DNA from: an uncultured Verrucomicrobiae bacterium
GTDB lineage: Bacteria > Verrucomicrobiota > Verrucomicrobiia > Chthoniobacterales > JAFAMB01
Length of the DNA: 64,000 bases
NCBI GenBank assembly: GCA_963762565.1
Contig: CAVXLD010000007.1
Location: 160,001-224,000 of the forward strand
Direction of reading: 5' to 3'
How positions within the stretch are numbered: the stretch's first letter is position 1; each line of letters opens with the position of its first letter. Positions 10,342 to 20,006 of the stretch are shown here, in pieces. Below the pieces are notes generated by a model. That model was not told the origin of the DNA and did not search any database. It saw only the letters and a program-made list of their open reading frames with translations. A program made the translations under genes and the position numbers.

Positions 10342-10950
10342 TCAGCGCTTCAAAAGCTGAATCGTACCGGTTCTAATAATGATCAGAATGCCCAATCCAA
10401 TTAGCACGAAAGGGACAACCCGATGGGCATGAGTGCGAATCGGTACGCCAAGGGTCCTATGATTGACGAGCCAATGAGCAATGAGACACCACAGACCCGT
10501 CATGACTGCGAATACCATCCCAATTACGGCCACGTCAAAGCCTTCACATGAGGCGAAGAGAGCTGTATACACTGCGATGTTATCCCCGCCGTTGGCGATG
10601 GTAACCGCCGCCACGGATAACCTTCGGCCATGTCCTCCCGTGCCAGTAATCGGGGGTGCGATCTTCTGATTGCGCAATAGGGTGTATAGCTTTTTGACTC
10701 CAATCCCGATGGGCGCAAGACCGAGCAAGCCAATATAAGCCGGTGGAATAATTACCAGTGAAATCAGGCTCGCGATAGCGGCGATCACATATAACGCGAT
10801 TATCCCCGCGTACTGACCAATAACGACATCGTGTGCTCGGAAGCTTTTATCGGCAAAGAACCCGACGAGGACGAACACGTCGTCGATATTCGTCGATGCA
10901 AACGCGATGACCGCCAGACCGATCAGGTCAACCAATGAATTCATCTGCAC
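10342..10950 (-). CDS. Cadmium resistance transporter (CadD family)
   Basis: FASTNIDD, VVIGQYAG, VTIANGGDNIAVY. Confidence 0.85.
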   Translation of the reverse strand: MQMNSLVDLIGLAVIAFASTNIDDVFVLVGFFADKSFRAHDVVIGQYAGIIALYVIAAIASLISLVIIPPAYIGLLGLAPIGIGVKKLYTLLRNQKIAPPITGTGGHGRRLSVAAVTIANGGDNIAVYTALFASCEGFDVAVIGMVFAVMTGLWCLIAHWLVNHRTLGVPIRTHAHRVVPFVLIGLGILIIIRTGTIQLLKR

Positions 10951-11130
10951 GGGTCCGTAGCAACACCCCGGGAGTTGTTTATTTTTTGGGGATCGCCGGC
11001 TATTCGGCGTCTTTACGCAGTCAGTGTTGCGTCGAAGCAGCCTTACGTCTACGGATCTCTACGGTACACTCTTTCTCGGACCCATGAGGTAGAAGACCAA
11101 AAATGACCGCCACAGGAAAGGAGCCTTTCG

Positions 11131-11655
11131 ATGATGGTATCTGTCTTTGTCGGCACCAGCCTTGACGGCTTCATTGCGCGACCGAACGGCGATCTCGATT
11201 TTTTGCCGCCGCACGGCGGCGAACCCCATGGCTACGACGAATTTATAGCAAGCGTCGATGTGATTGTGATAGGTCGCAAGACCTTCGAGACGGTTTTGAC
11301 GCTCGGGCCCTGGCCATATGGTGACAAGCGGGTAGTGGTCCTGAGCAGTCGCCCCGTTGACTTGTCCGCGGCCAGCGGAGGCGCTGTCGAACAGATGGCC
11401 GGGCCTCCGGCTCAGATCGTTTCGCAACTCGCTGCTAGTGGCGCCCGCCACCTCTACGTCGACGGTGGGATCACGATTCAAGGGTTCCTACGCGCGGGGC
11501 TGATTCAACGTCTTATTGTTACTCGTGTGCCTGTCCTCATCGGAGATGGAGTTCCTCTCTTCGGCAGCCTTGGGCGCGACATCCGGCTCCGTCACGTGGC
11601 GACCCGACAGTATCCGAGCGGGCTAGTTAGCAGCGAGTACCATGTCGCCGCCTAA
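11131..11655 (+). CDS. Dihydrofolate reductase/RibD C-terminal family protein
   Basis: SLDGFIAR, GRKTFE, YVDGGITIQ, PVLIGDG. Confidence 0.85.
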   Translation: MMVSVFVGTSLDGFIARPNGDLDFLPPHGGEPHGYDEFIASVDVIVIGRKTFETVLTLGPWPYGDKRVVVLSSRPVDLSAASGGAVEQMAGPPAQIVSQLAASGARHLYVDGGITIQGFLRAGLIQRLIVTRVPVLIGDGVPLFGSLGRDIRLRHVATRQYPSGLVSSEYHVAA

Positions 11656-11966
11656 CTTTCCGAAAAATGTCACGGAATAACGACGGCACTTCTGATGCCC
11701 TTTCAGGGCATGTCTTGTTGAAACCTCACACCCAGGATTGAAACCCCGACTCCGCAAGGCCTACGTCGCGGCCAGTTATTAGGTGATGCAAGCCATAAGC
11801 TAGGGCGCGCCGTAGCGAAGCGAAGGCGGCCTGGGCTAAGTTCTGTTGCCCGTTCCGGGCAAGAAACGCAGCGCATGGCAAACAAAGCGGTTCCCAGAAC
11901 CAGGTCCCTCTCGGAATTCTCTACTTGAACTCCTGACCTCCTTGAACTCCTGTACTTCTTTCACAC

Positions 11967-12032
11967 GGCGCGTTCGTCTAGTCGGTTAGGACACGGCCCT
12001 CTCAAGGCCGGTGCACGGGTTCGAGTCCCGTA
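11967..12032 (+). pseudogene. 3'-truncated tRNA-Glu(CTC), att-like copy 1
   Basis: Identical to first 66 nt of the intact tRNA at 25400; acceptor 3' strand replaced by GGTTCTCCTCTAGAGCAA. Confidence 0.9.
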
Positions 12033-12357
12033 GGTTCTCCTCTAGAGCAACTCACTAATGAGAACGTGCCGATCGGATATCCTATGTTGGGCCGGACTGG
12101 AGCTTTCCCGAAATTACGCTCTCGTAGCCTATCACTTTGGGAATCATTTGGCATAGGCATGCAGTCAAAAAAGCGCCCCGACGAACCGTTCGTGAGCGTA
12201 AGGATTGTCTCAGAATGAGATGATCCGTTTCAGTTTGAGACGGCGGCTTCTTTGCTATGCAGATTCTGGCCTGTTCGAACCAGCGGCCGAGGTCACGCTC
12301 TTCCCTTGGCATGTAACTTGCCATGTAAGGTTCAGCAAATCCCTCCGAGGACCTGCC

Positions 12358-14925
12358 ATGAGACTCCTGCGCCGCTTTTTCATTCGCCTCGCGAACCTCA
12401 CCACCGGAAGGCGCGCCGACCAGCGCCACCACGCCGAGCAGGGTCTTCCGCTTGCTGAGAATTTTCTCCTCGACCTCCGCTACGCTTTTCGAATGCTGCA
12501 CCGGTCTCCCGGATTTTCGCTGATTGTCATCGCCACCATGGCCCTGGGCGTTGGAGCCACCACCGCCATCTACAGCGTCATCGACGCCACGCTGCTGCAT
12601 CCTTTGCCCTACCCCAACCCCAGCGAACTGGTGCGCATTGAGGACGATCTTCCGGGTGTGGGCGCGCAGGATGTTAGCGTTTCGATTCCTGAGTGGAAGG
12701 ACCTGGAGAACTCGGGGATTTTTCAATACGTGGCCCTCGACTTTTTCGGCTCCGCGAATCTTACGGGCAGCGCACAGCCCACGCGTATCGCGGCGAAGAT
12801 TGTGACGTCGAATTACTTTGCGATGCTGGGTGTGGGCGCGCAGTTGGGCCGCACCTTCGATCCGGGCGACAAGACGCCGGGCTTCAACCTGGAGATGGTG
12901 ATCAGCGACGGGCTCTGGAAGAGGGTGTTTGGAGCGGACCCGCGCATTCTGGGGAAAACGGTGCGCGTGGATAACGATGTGTATCACGTGGTGGGCGTGA
13001 TGCCGCCCGGTTTTCGCGACCAGGGAATGACCAGCGAGGAGCGGAATACGGAGGCGTGGTCGGCAGCCGGCTTTGCCGCTGTGCCGTTTCCACCTCCGCT
13101 GCGCAACTCGCGACTTGGGACGGCCTTCGCGCGTTTGAAACCGGGTCTGCCGGTGGCGTCAGCACAGGCACATATCGACGCGCTGGTGGCTTCGCTGAAG
13201 AAGCAATATCCAGCGGATTATCCTGCGCAGGCCGCATGGACCATCCGCCTGATTCCCCTAGCCGAGACTCTTGTCGGCAACGTTCGCCAGTCGCTGATTC
13301 TGCTGTTCGGCGCGGTGGGCCTGGTCCTGTTGATCGGCTGCGTCAACGTCGCCAATCTGCTGCTTGCTCGCGCCAGCGCGCGCGGACGCGAGATGGCGAT
13401 GCGTCAGGCATTGGGAGCCGCAAGAATGCGCCTCATTCGTCAGCTCCTCACCGAGAGCTTGCTGCTCTTCGTGCTTGGCGGCATCACCGGTTTCGCGGTT
13501 CTCTTCTGCGCCCGGAAATTCCTGTTGCAATTTATTCCCGAAAGTCTGCCGCGCCTCAATGACATTTCCATCAGCTGGGGCGTGCTGGCGTTTGCTATCG
13601 TCGTCTCCGTCGCCGCCGGAACCATCTTCGGGCTTGCTCCGGCGTGGCTCATGAGCCGCCTCGATTTGAACACGACGCTCCGGCAGGAAGGTCGTGGCTC
13701 CAACGGTTCCCGGCAGCGCTCGCGCTTGCGCCATGCTCTGGTGATTGGTGAATTAGCCCTCTCCCTGGTGCTGATGATCGCCGCCGGCCTTCTTCTGCGC
13801 AGCTTCTGGGACTTGTTCAAGGTTCAACTCGGCTTCAATCCCAGCCGCGTCATGGCAATCGAGACCTGGCTGCCGTTTCCCAACGATCCCAAAAACGACA
13901 TTTACAGCACCGCCACGCAGGAATCGGTGCTGCTGCGCGAAGTTCTCCGCCGCAACCGGACGCTTCCCGGTGTGGAAGAAACGGCCGTCGGCGATCGGGC
14001 GGCTCTTCCCCTCGGCCATGGCAAGGACGATCTCAACATGTCCCCCTTGATCCGCGAAGGCCAGGACGTGCAGAGCAGCCAGCCTCCTCTGATCGATACA
14101 TCGTTCGTCTCACCTGAATACTTTCACCTGCTCGGCATGACGCTCCTGCGCGGACGCCTCTTCGTCGATCAGGACCTTGAAGACACGCCTTCGATCGCAG
14201 TCATCAATCAGGCCGCCGCGCGCACCTACTGGCCCAACCAGGATCCGGTCGGCAAGCGCGTCCGGTTGAGGGCCGAGAAGCCGGACTGGACCACCATCGT
14301 CGGCGTAATCGCCGATGCGCGCACCGAATCGCTCGCGGACGCCGCGATTCCGCAGGTCTACCTCGACATCTACCAGCGCTGGGCAAAAGATCTGGCTTTC
14401 TTTCTGCGCGGACAGGTCGATCCCAGCGCCATCTCCGCCCAGGTGCGCACACAAATCCAGGCCGTCGATCCGAACCTTCCGGTCTTCCGCGCGGAGACGT
14501 TGGACGAGGTTCTCTCGTCTTCGCTTTCTGTGCGCCGATTCTCCATGGAAATGGTGGCGCTCTTTGCCGCAACTGCCCTGCTGCTCGCGGGCCTGGGAAT
14601 CTATGGAACCATCTCCTTTCTGGTCAATGAGCAATCGCGCGAGATCGCCATTCGCCTCGCGCTGGGCGCGCAAAGGCGCGATGTCCTCAAGATGGTTTTA
14701 CGCCAGGGCCTCGCTCTGGCCGCCGCTGGCGCCGGTGTAGGCCTGGTTGGCGCGCTGATTGTTTCTCATCTCATGGCCAGCCTGCTTTACGGTGTCTCGC
14801 CCTACGATCTCTCCACCTTCGCCGGCGTAACCGCCGTGCTCACCGCCGTCGCGATCGCCGCCAGTTACGTCCCTGCGCTGCGCGCCATGCGCCTCGATCC
14901 AATCACGACACTCCGCGCCGAATGA
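12358..14925 (+). CDS. ADOP-family duplicated ABC permease (MacB/FtsX domains)
   Basis: DLRYAFRML..SPGF, ALGVGATTAIYS, LLIGCVNVANLLLAR, REIAIRLALGA, PALRAMRLDP. Confidence 0.9.
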   Translation: MRLLRRFFIRLANLTTGRRADQRHHAEQGLPLAENFLLDLRYAFRMLHRSPGFSLIVIATMALGVGATTAIYSVIDATLLHPLPYPNPSELVRIEDDLPGVGAQDVSVSIPEWKDLENSGIFQYVALDFFGSANLTGSAQPTRIAAKIVTSNYFAMLGVGAQLGRTFDPGDKTPGFNLEMVISDGLWKRVFGADPRILGKTVRVDNDVYHVVGVMPPGFRDQGMTSEERNTEAWSAAGFAAVPFPPPLRNSRLGTAFARLKPGLPVASAQAHIDALVASLKKQYPADYPAQAAWTIRLIPLAETLVGNVRQSLILLFGAVGLVLLIGCVNVANLLLARASARGREMAMRQALGAARMRLIRQLLTESLLLFVLGGITGFAVLFCARKFLLQFIPESLPRLNDISISWGVLAFAIVVSVAAGTIFGLAPAWLMSRLDLNTTLRQEGRGSNGSRQRSRLRHALVIGELALSLVLMIAAGLLLRSFWDLFKVQLGFNPSRVMAIETWLPFPNDPKNDIYSTATQESVLLREVLRRNRTLPGVEETAVGDRAALPLGHGKDDLNMSPLIREGQDVQSSQPPLIDTSFVSPEYFHLLGMTLLRGRLFVDQDLEDTPSIAVINQAAARTYWPNQDPVGKRVRLRAEKPDWTTIVGVIADARTESLADAAIPQVYLDIYQRWAKDLAFFLRGQVDPSAISAQVRTQIQAVDPNLPVFRAETLDEVLSSSLSVRRFSMEMVALFAATALLLAGLGIYGTISFLVNEQSREIAIRLALGAQRRDVLKMVLRQGLALAAAGAGVGLVGALIVSHLMASLLYGVSPYDLSTFAGVTAVLTAVAIAASYVPALRAMRLDPITTLRAE

Positions 14926-14987
14926 CCTTTGGCACTGCTCGAGACTTGCCTTCACAAGTTGTTGCCATCCCAATGGAAGTCAGAGTT

Positions 14988-15419
14988 ATGAAAATTTCGA
15001 AAAGCGAAATTCCGAAAAAAGCACCCGAGACTTTCGCGGAATTGTGCAGGCTTTTTTTACCGCGTCCGATTCATGATGAGGCCGAAAACGCGGAGATGAT
15101 CCGGGTTATGGATTGGATTGCGGTCCGTGCTCAGAACCGTGATCAATTCGATTATGCAAAAATGCTTGGGGATTTGGTGACAGAATACGAGGTTGCCCAG
15201 CGCCGAAGGGTAAAATCAAAGCTCAGCGGCTTGGAACTCTTGAGAGCCGTCATCGAATCAAGCGGCTTAACTCAAGCGGAGCTGGCGAAGGTCTTGGGCT
15301 TGGCGCAAGGCACGGTTTCGAAGATCATGACGGGCGCGCGGTCGATCACCGTGGATCACGCCAAGCGTGCGTCCCGATATTTTAAGATGGCTCCTGAAGC
15401 GTTTTTGGATCTCGAATGA
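14988..15419 (+). CDS. HigA-like HTH antitoxin / XRE regulator
   Basis: LPRPIHDE..L.DLVTEYE N-terminus; HTH LTQAELAKVLG..GTVSKIMTG.RSIT. Confidence 0.75.
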   Translation: MKISKSEIPKKAPETFAELCRLFLPRPIHDEAENAEMIRVMDWIAVRAQNRDQFDYAKMLGDLVTEYEVAQRRRVKSKLSGLELLRAVIESSGLTQAELAKVLGLAQGTVSKIMTGARSITVDHAKRASRYFKMAPEAFLDLE

Positions 15420-15573
15420 CCCGGATGAGGGCTCAACTTGCGGGGAGATGTCTTCGGTATTCCGAGGCCCGCTCCGGGCGAAGACTAGGGCGACAAAGCG
15501 GTCTTCCGAAAGACAGGTCTCGGAATTCTACTTGAACTCCTGAACTCCTTGAACTCCTGTACTCCTTCAACTT

Positions 15574-15639
15574 GGCGCGTTCGTCTAGTCGGTTAGGACA
15601 CGGCGCTCTCAAGGCCGGTGCACGGGTTCGAGTCCCGTA
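15574..15639 (+). pseudogene. 3'-truncated tRNA-Glu(CTC), att-like copy 2
   Basis: 65/66 nt identical to the intact tRNA (one C>G in anticodon stem); followed by TGTTTTCCTCTAGAGCAA. Confidence 0.9.
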
Positions 15640-15778
15640 TGTTTTCCTCTAGAGCAAAATGCTGTCGACCTTATGTCGCCCTAAAAAGTGAGTTACGAAG
15701 CTGCAGGTGATAATCCTGAAAGCAGCAAGGCGGTCGGCGCGATTGGGAGCGAAATCACGAAATCGAGCGTCTGCGACC

Positions 15779-15949
15779 TCAGCGACCCACGGTGTGAACC
15801 TCAGTCACCATTGCGCGAAGATCTTTGAAGACTTGCTCCGGGTCGTCACCGTGGGTTCCGCCGTAGAACAAATCTGGGCAGAGGCCAACGTAACATTGGT
15901 CCTCATCACTCCAATAAACAACGAGGTGATATCTATCTGCTGGATTCAT
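15779..15949 (-). pseudogene. Short/truncated HicB-like antitoxin
   Basis: RYHLVVYWSDEDQCYVGLCPDLFYGGTHGDDPE. Confidence 0.65.
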
Positions 15950-16091
15950 CGATAGCCCTTCTGATTTGTTTTTCGAGATAAGGCTTGGCTTCCTTGCCAT
16001 CGGCGTCAGGAATAATGACTAGAATCTTCGCTTTGTCATGTTTGAACTTTCGATGATCGCCCTTTCCGCCCGGAACCTGATACCAGCCGTC
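15933..16091 (-). pseudogene. HicA toxin fragment lacking N-terminus
   Basis: Manual translation DGWYQVPGGKGDHRKFKHDK...PYLEKQIRRAI; upstream in-frame stop; overlaps hicB start. Confidence 0.65.
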
Positions 16092-16189
16092 AGCCGAACC
16101 GGTCGCTTCTTATGATCCTCAGAAACTCGACGAGGAAACCAAAGAAATTCTCGCGTACCAGAACTACACACTTCCACCTGCATTTTACC

Positions 16190-16500
16190 AAAGGGCGGCG
16201 AACCTTCCGAAGAACAGCGAGCGCCGCTTTGAAATTGCGAAAGAGGTGCTGTTCACCAAAGTCATCGAACAACGTGCCCGGGCCGCAGAGGTACAGCGTC
16301 ATTTCAAGCCGGATCTGACAATCGTCCTGCAGCATGATGCTTCTCCAGCAAGTGGCCGGGGCCGCCTGGCCGGCGTTGATCGAAACATCTTTTTTGTTAG
16401 CGGCGCCTATCAGGCCAAAGAGCTGCGAGGCGATCCTCATGAACGATTGCGCCTGCTGACCAAATTGTTCGAAAACCGAGGGACTCGCCGATGCCTATTC
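16190..16500 (+). pseudogene. Internal fragment resembling an N-acetylmuramoyl-L-alanine amidase
   Basis: EQRARAAEV..FKPDLTIVLQHDA..FFVSGAY..EL motif pattern; no start or proper end. Confidence 0.4.
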
Positions 16501-16660
16501 TGGAAAGGGTAAGGACTGAGTTCTGCTCAAGACTTCAGCTTTACCGAGGATAGCTTCTCTTTCAGTCCCAACAAGCGCCTGTTTCTTTGGGGATAATTTT
16601 CGAGAGGATCCACGCCCGTAGCTTGGTTCTAGAAGCGTGTCCCGTGTAGAAAGGTGAAGG

Positions 16661-17773
16661 TCATCCTTCTTTGAAGGGATCAACAAATGACCGCCATAAG
16701 CGAGGTCCGAGCTCGAGTTCCTCGTCGCTTAGGAGGCTCGCGTCGAAGTTCCGACAAGCCTCCATGCAGGCGTCAGGCGGTCCGACCAGTGTAAGGTCTT
16801 GTTGCCAGGCAGCGCTTGCCGATGCGTTTTTTGATCCTAGCACTCCGACTTTCCCAGCCTGCGACCACAGCCGATGGGTGCCTGGCTGAGAGGCAAGCCG
16901 GATCTCTCCGCGCCCGCGAATCACACCGCGCCAACCCTCTCTTACGAACTCCACAAAACGCTTTGGATGGATGGGTCGCGGGACAGAAACGCGAACTCGC
17001 GCGCAGCGGGTATCCGCAACTATCCAGCGGAGTTGCAGACGAGCGACGCTGGCGCAGGCGTCGTCATGGTTTGAATTTTCGTCCTCCGACATCGGCTGAC
17101 TGTAAGCTGTAAGCGGTTTGACAGTCTGATCCGCTATTGTGGTCTTTGGGTTCAGCGCTCGGATTAACCTGATCGCGTTCTGCAAGGTCGCCGGATCCAT
17201 GGCTTGCCGATCGGTGATGACCACGGTGTCTGCGCATTCAATCGAGCGCGAGAGAGAATGGCCTTGGCTGCAACCGCCTTCCGAATGGGTGTCGGCAGTG
17301 TCCTCCGGCTCAGCCGCCGCAGCATCAGTCCAGAACCACTCAAATAGGCCGTTGGCCGGCATCACCAGTATTGAGCGGGTGAGACGCACAATGCTTCGCA
17401 AATCGATTCCGCCGGGAAAGCGATGTACAAGACTATCGTGAGCAGTCGGCAGTTCGTCGCTACTGTCTAATTCGATGACGACATGATCGGAAGAGCGTTC
17501 TCTGGCGATCGCCTGGAGCTCAATAAAAAGGTCTGCCCGAAACGGAACGACTAATCCCGACTGGGTAATCTTGATTCGCTTGGATTCGGCCCGACGAAAG
17601 TGGACGCGTGAATTTCTCTCTATTGTGCACCGCTCATGGTCAAAGCTGAGCACCGTGACCAGTTGTGGACTGAGGTCTGCGATCAGCTGTTCCACGATCG
17701 GGCCGCGGAGTGCTCGGTTGGGTCCGGCCAATAAAGTCGCACGGAGAGGCGGCGATGGGTCGGGCAAGAGCAT
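16661..17773 (-). CDS. Degenerate CobW/COG0523-like protein with CobW C-terminal domain
   Basis: RPIHPKRF..W.GVIRGRG.I.LASQP..WSQAG..Q.L.LVG..W..F.DPF; Walker A and CCxC motifs absent. Confidence 0.65.
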   Translation of the reverse strand: MLLPDPSPPLRATLLAGPNRALRGPIVEQLIADLSPQLVTVLSFDHERCTIERNSRVHFRRAESKRIKITQSGLVVPFRADLFIELQAIARERSSDHVVIELDSSDELPTAHDSLVHRFPGGIDLRSIVRLTRSILVMPANGLFEWFWTDAAAAEPEDTADTHSEGGCSQGHSLSRSIECADTVVITDRQAMDPATLQNAIRLIRALNPKTTIADQTVKPLTAYSQPMSEDENSNHDDACASVARLQLRWIVADTRCARVRVSVPRPIHPKRFVEFVREGWRGVIRGRGEIRLASQPGTHRLWSQAGKVGVLGSKNASASAAWQQDLTLVGPPDACMEACRNFDASLLSDEELELGPRLWRSFVDPFKEG

Positions 17774-17802
17774 GAGGATAGTTCAACGAAGCAAGGCTTA
17801 GT

Positions 17803-17841
17803 TGCAAGTAACTTGCAGATAGTGGTTGCAAATTAGTTGCA
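17803..17841. promoter_or_regulatory. Two palindromic TGCAA-N5-TTGCA boxes (candidate Zur/Fur-family operators)
   Basis: TGCAAGTAACTTGCA (17803-17817) and TGCAAATTAGTTGCA (17827-17841) between divergent COG0523 genes. Confidence 0.55.
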
Positions 17842-17866
17842 GATTACCGAAGGGTCATTCTCAAGA

Positions 17867-18892
17867 ATGAACCTCTCTTCAAGACTCCCGGTCACCGTCC
17901 TTTCCGGATTTTTAGGTTCCGGCAAGACCACCTTGCTCAATCACATCCTCAATAATCGCGAAGGCAGGCGCGTGTCCGTCATCGTGAATGATATGAGCGA
18001 AGTAAACATCGACGCGACTCTCGTCCGTGATGGTGGCGCTGAACTCAGTCGGACCGAGGAAAAGCTCGTGGAGTTGTCGAATGGCTGCATCTGTTGCACG
18101 CTCCGAGACGACCTGCTCAAGGAGGTATCACGGTTGGCCAATGAAAACCGTTTTGATTATCTGCTCATTGAATCCACCGGAGTCTCTGAACCTTTGCCGG
18201 TAGCTCAAACCTTCACTTTTGCTGATGAGAACGGGTACAGCCTGGAATCGCTCACTCGTCTCGACACGATGGTAACGATGGTGGATGCCGCCAATTTTTT
18301 TGACCAGTTCCACAAGGCCGAGACACATTGGCGGAACACCAGTTAGCGATTGGTGACGAAGATGAACGCACCATCTCGGATTTGCTGATTGACCAAATTG
18401 AGTTTGCCGGCGTAATCGTCATCAACAAAGTCGATCGGCATTGGTAGTCTTGTCTTTCGAGCTCGTCGACCGTTTCATCCGGAGCGGTTTTGGAATTTTG
18501 TGCATAACGATTGGCCCAGACTACTTCGCTCGACGGGTTTCTTCTGGTTATCAACCCGGAACGACATCGTGGGTGGCTGGTCGCAGGCCGGAGGCAGCGC
18601 GGAACATCGGCCTGTTGGAGTTTGGTGGGCGGCAGTTCCCAAGGATCGGTGGCCGATCGAAAAAGAGGTTCAAGACTATATCGCAAAGGACTGGCATCCG
18701 TTTTACGGCGACCGCCGCCAGGAACTTGTCTTTATCGGTCAGGACTTACCCAAGACCGAGATGTTGGCCGCTCTCCAGGAATGTTTGCTCAATGATCAAG
18801 AGACGAGTTTTGAACCAGAAGAATGGAAGAGAGGATTCTCTGATCCGTTTCCCGCTTGGATAAATCAAACCCCGCAGCACCACCTCCAATGA
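17867..18892 (+). pseudogene. COG0523 zinc metallochaperone GTPase (ZigA/YciC-like), frameshifted and internally deleted
   Basis: [18 protein letters not shown]; frameshift near 18325 (GAGACACATTG); NKVD joined directly to C-terminal RRPFHPERF/YGDRRQELVFIG domain. Confidence 0.85.
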
Positions 18893-18911
18893 CACACTCT
18901 TCTCAGGCAGG

Positions 18912-19382
18912 CTACGACTTAAATGACCTGAAGTGATAGATTGAAGCCGGAACCGCCTGCGGTTTATTCAAAGGACCTCTCATGGCCGACCAGAAATGTT
19001 TTGCAGATGGCGATGCCTCCTTAGGTAAAGATAACCGAAATCTAGCTTTCTCGATTTCTGTCGGTTTCAGCTGGACCTTAACTGACCGTTTTTCGACGAC
19101 CACAGAAAAAAGCAAGGCCATCGCGTCTTTGTCGCGCCGATCTAGAACCATTAGCAGAGTATCGATCTCCACCCGAAGTCCACATTCTTCGTAGACTTCT
19201 CGCTTCAATGCATTAGTCAGTGATTCGCCTCGTTTGACTTTGCCTCCTGGCAGCGTCCAAAGCTTCAATCCGGTAACCTGGCGGACAAACAAGACTCTAT
19301 GACACGAGTCTTCTATCCAGGCCATAACCGATACTTCTTTTGTAGCGGATATCCGGCCTACCTTCTTTTTCAGTCTAGCCAT
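18912..19382 (-). CDS. NUDIX hydrolase
   Basis: Nudix box GGKVKRGESLTNALKREVYEECGL. Confidence 0.85.
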   Translation of the reverse strand: MARLKKKVGRISATKEVSVMAWIEDSCHRVLFVRQVTGLKLWTLPGGKVKRGESLTNALKREVYEECGLRVEIDTLLMVLDRRDKDAMALLFSVVVEKRSVKVQLKPTEIEKARFRLSLPKEASPSAKHFWSAMRGPLNKPQAVPASIYHFRSFKS

Positions 19383-20006
19383 CTAGGATGCAAAGCGGAT
19401 CTTCTGTCATTTTTTCCAAGGCTCGCTAGTCCGGATAGCCACTCTTCCGGGCTGGACGAGCACCCTCCGACCTTAGTTTCTGGCAAAGTAGTCCTCATCG
19501 CTGGCTAAACGGCGATTCGCCGAAAAGCAGGCTACGCCGCTGCAAAACGATCTTAATCGCCAATTTAGGTCTTGCAACGACATATTGGCTCGACTAAGTC
19601 TTATTTCAGAGAAAAGATTTCTTTGGCTTAGTTAGCTGCATAAACCAATGAAACAAACCGTGAACGCAGATGACACGATAGCTCCGGAGCGGGCCTGGCG
19701 CTTCTGCCGAGTTCCTCCCTCCATGCCCCGAAGTAGATCGTTCCATCGACTATTTAGGATGGGCTCGAATTGGTTTGGTCGACTGCTCCAGGCGGGCGCG
19801 AATTGGTGCGGTATTCTTCGCAAGTTGCTCGCCTTCTCCGGCCCGCGCTCTTTCGTAGGATTCGGCCGCGCGGATCGAGGGAACTGGGCCGGAGACATAC
19901 CTCGGATTCCCCATTTCTGCTACAGGCTCTTACCAATCGTGATCGCCTTTGGCCTCAGGCCATCTTTCTGACCAATTGAACCGCCACACCCGTTGAAAAA
20001 GTTGAG

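Larger units (their letters stand above)
12033..15639. mobile_element. tRNA-Glu-bounded island 1 (ADOP permease, orphan HigA)
   Basis: Bounded by direct repeats of tRNA 5' part plus ~85 bp upstream; GC-richer cargo. Confidence 0.65.

Noticed and set aside
12082..14973. Long antisense ORFs opposite the ADOP permease
   Set aside because: Shadow frames of a high-GC gene
11967..15639. Truncated tRNA copies as functional tRNAs
   Set aside because: The acceptor stem cannot form and CCA is absent; copy 2 also has an anticodon-stem mismatch
19560..20006. yybP-ykoY riboswitch or MntR box upstream of mntH
   Set aside because: Could not identify the conserved motifs by eye; needs an Infernal or motif scan
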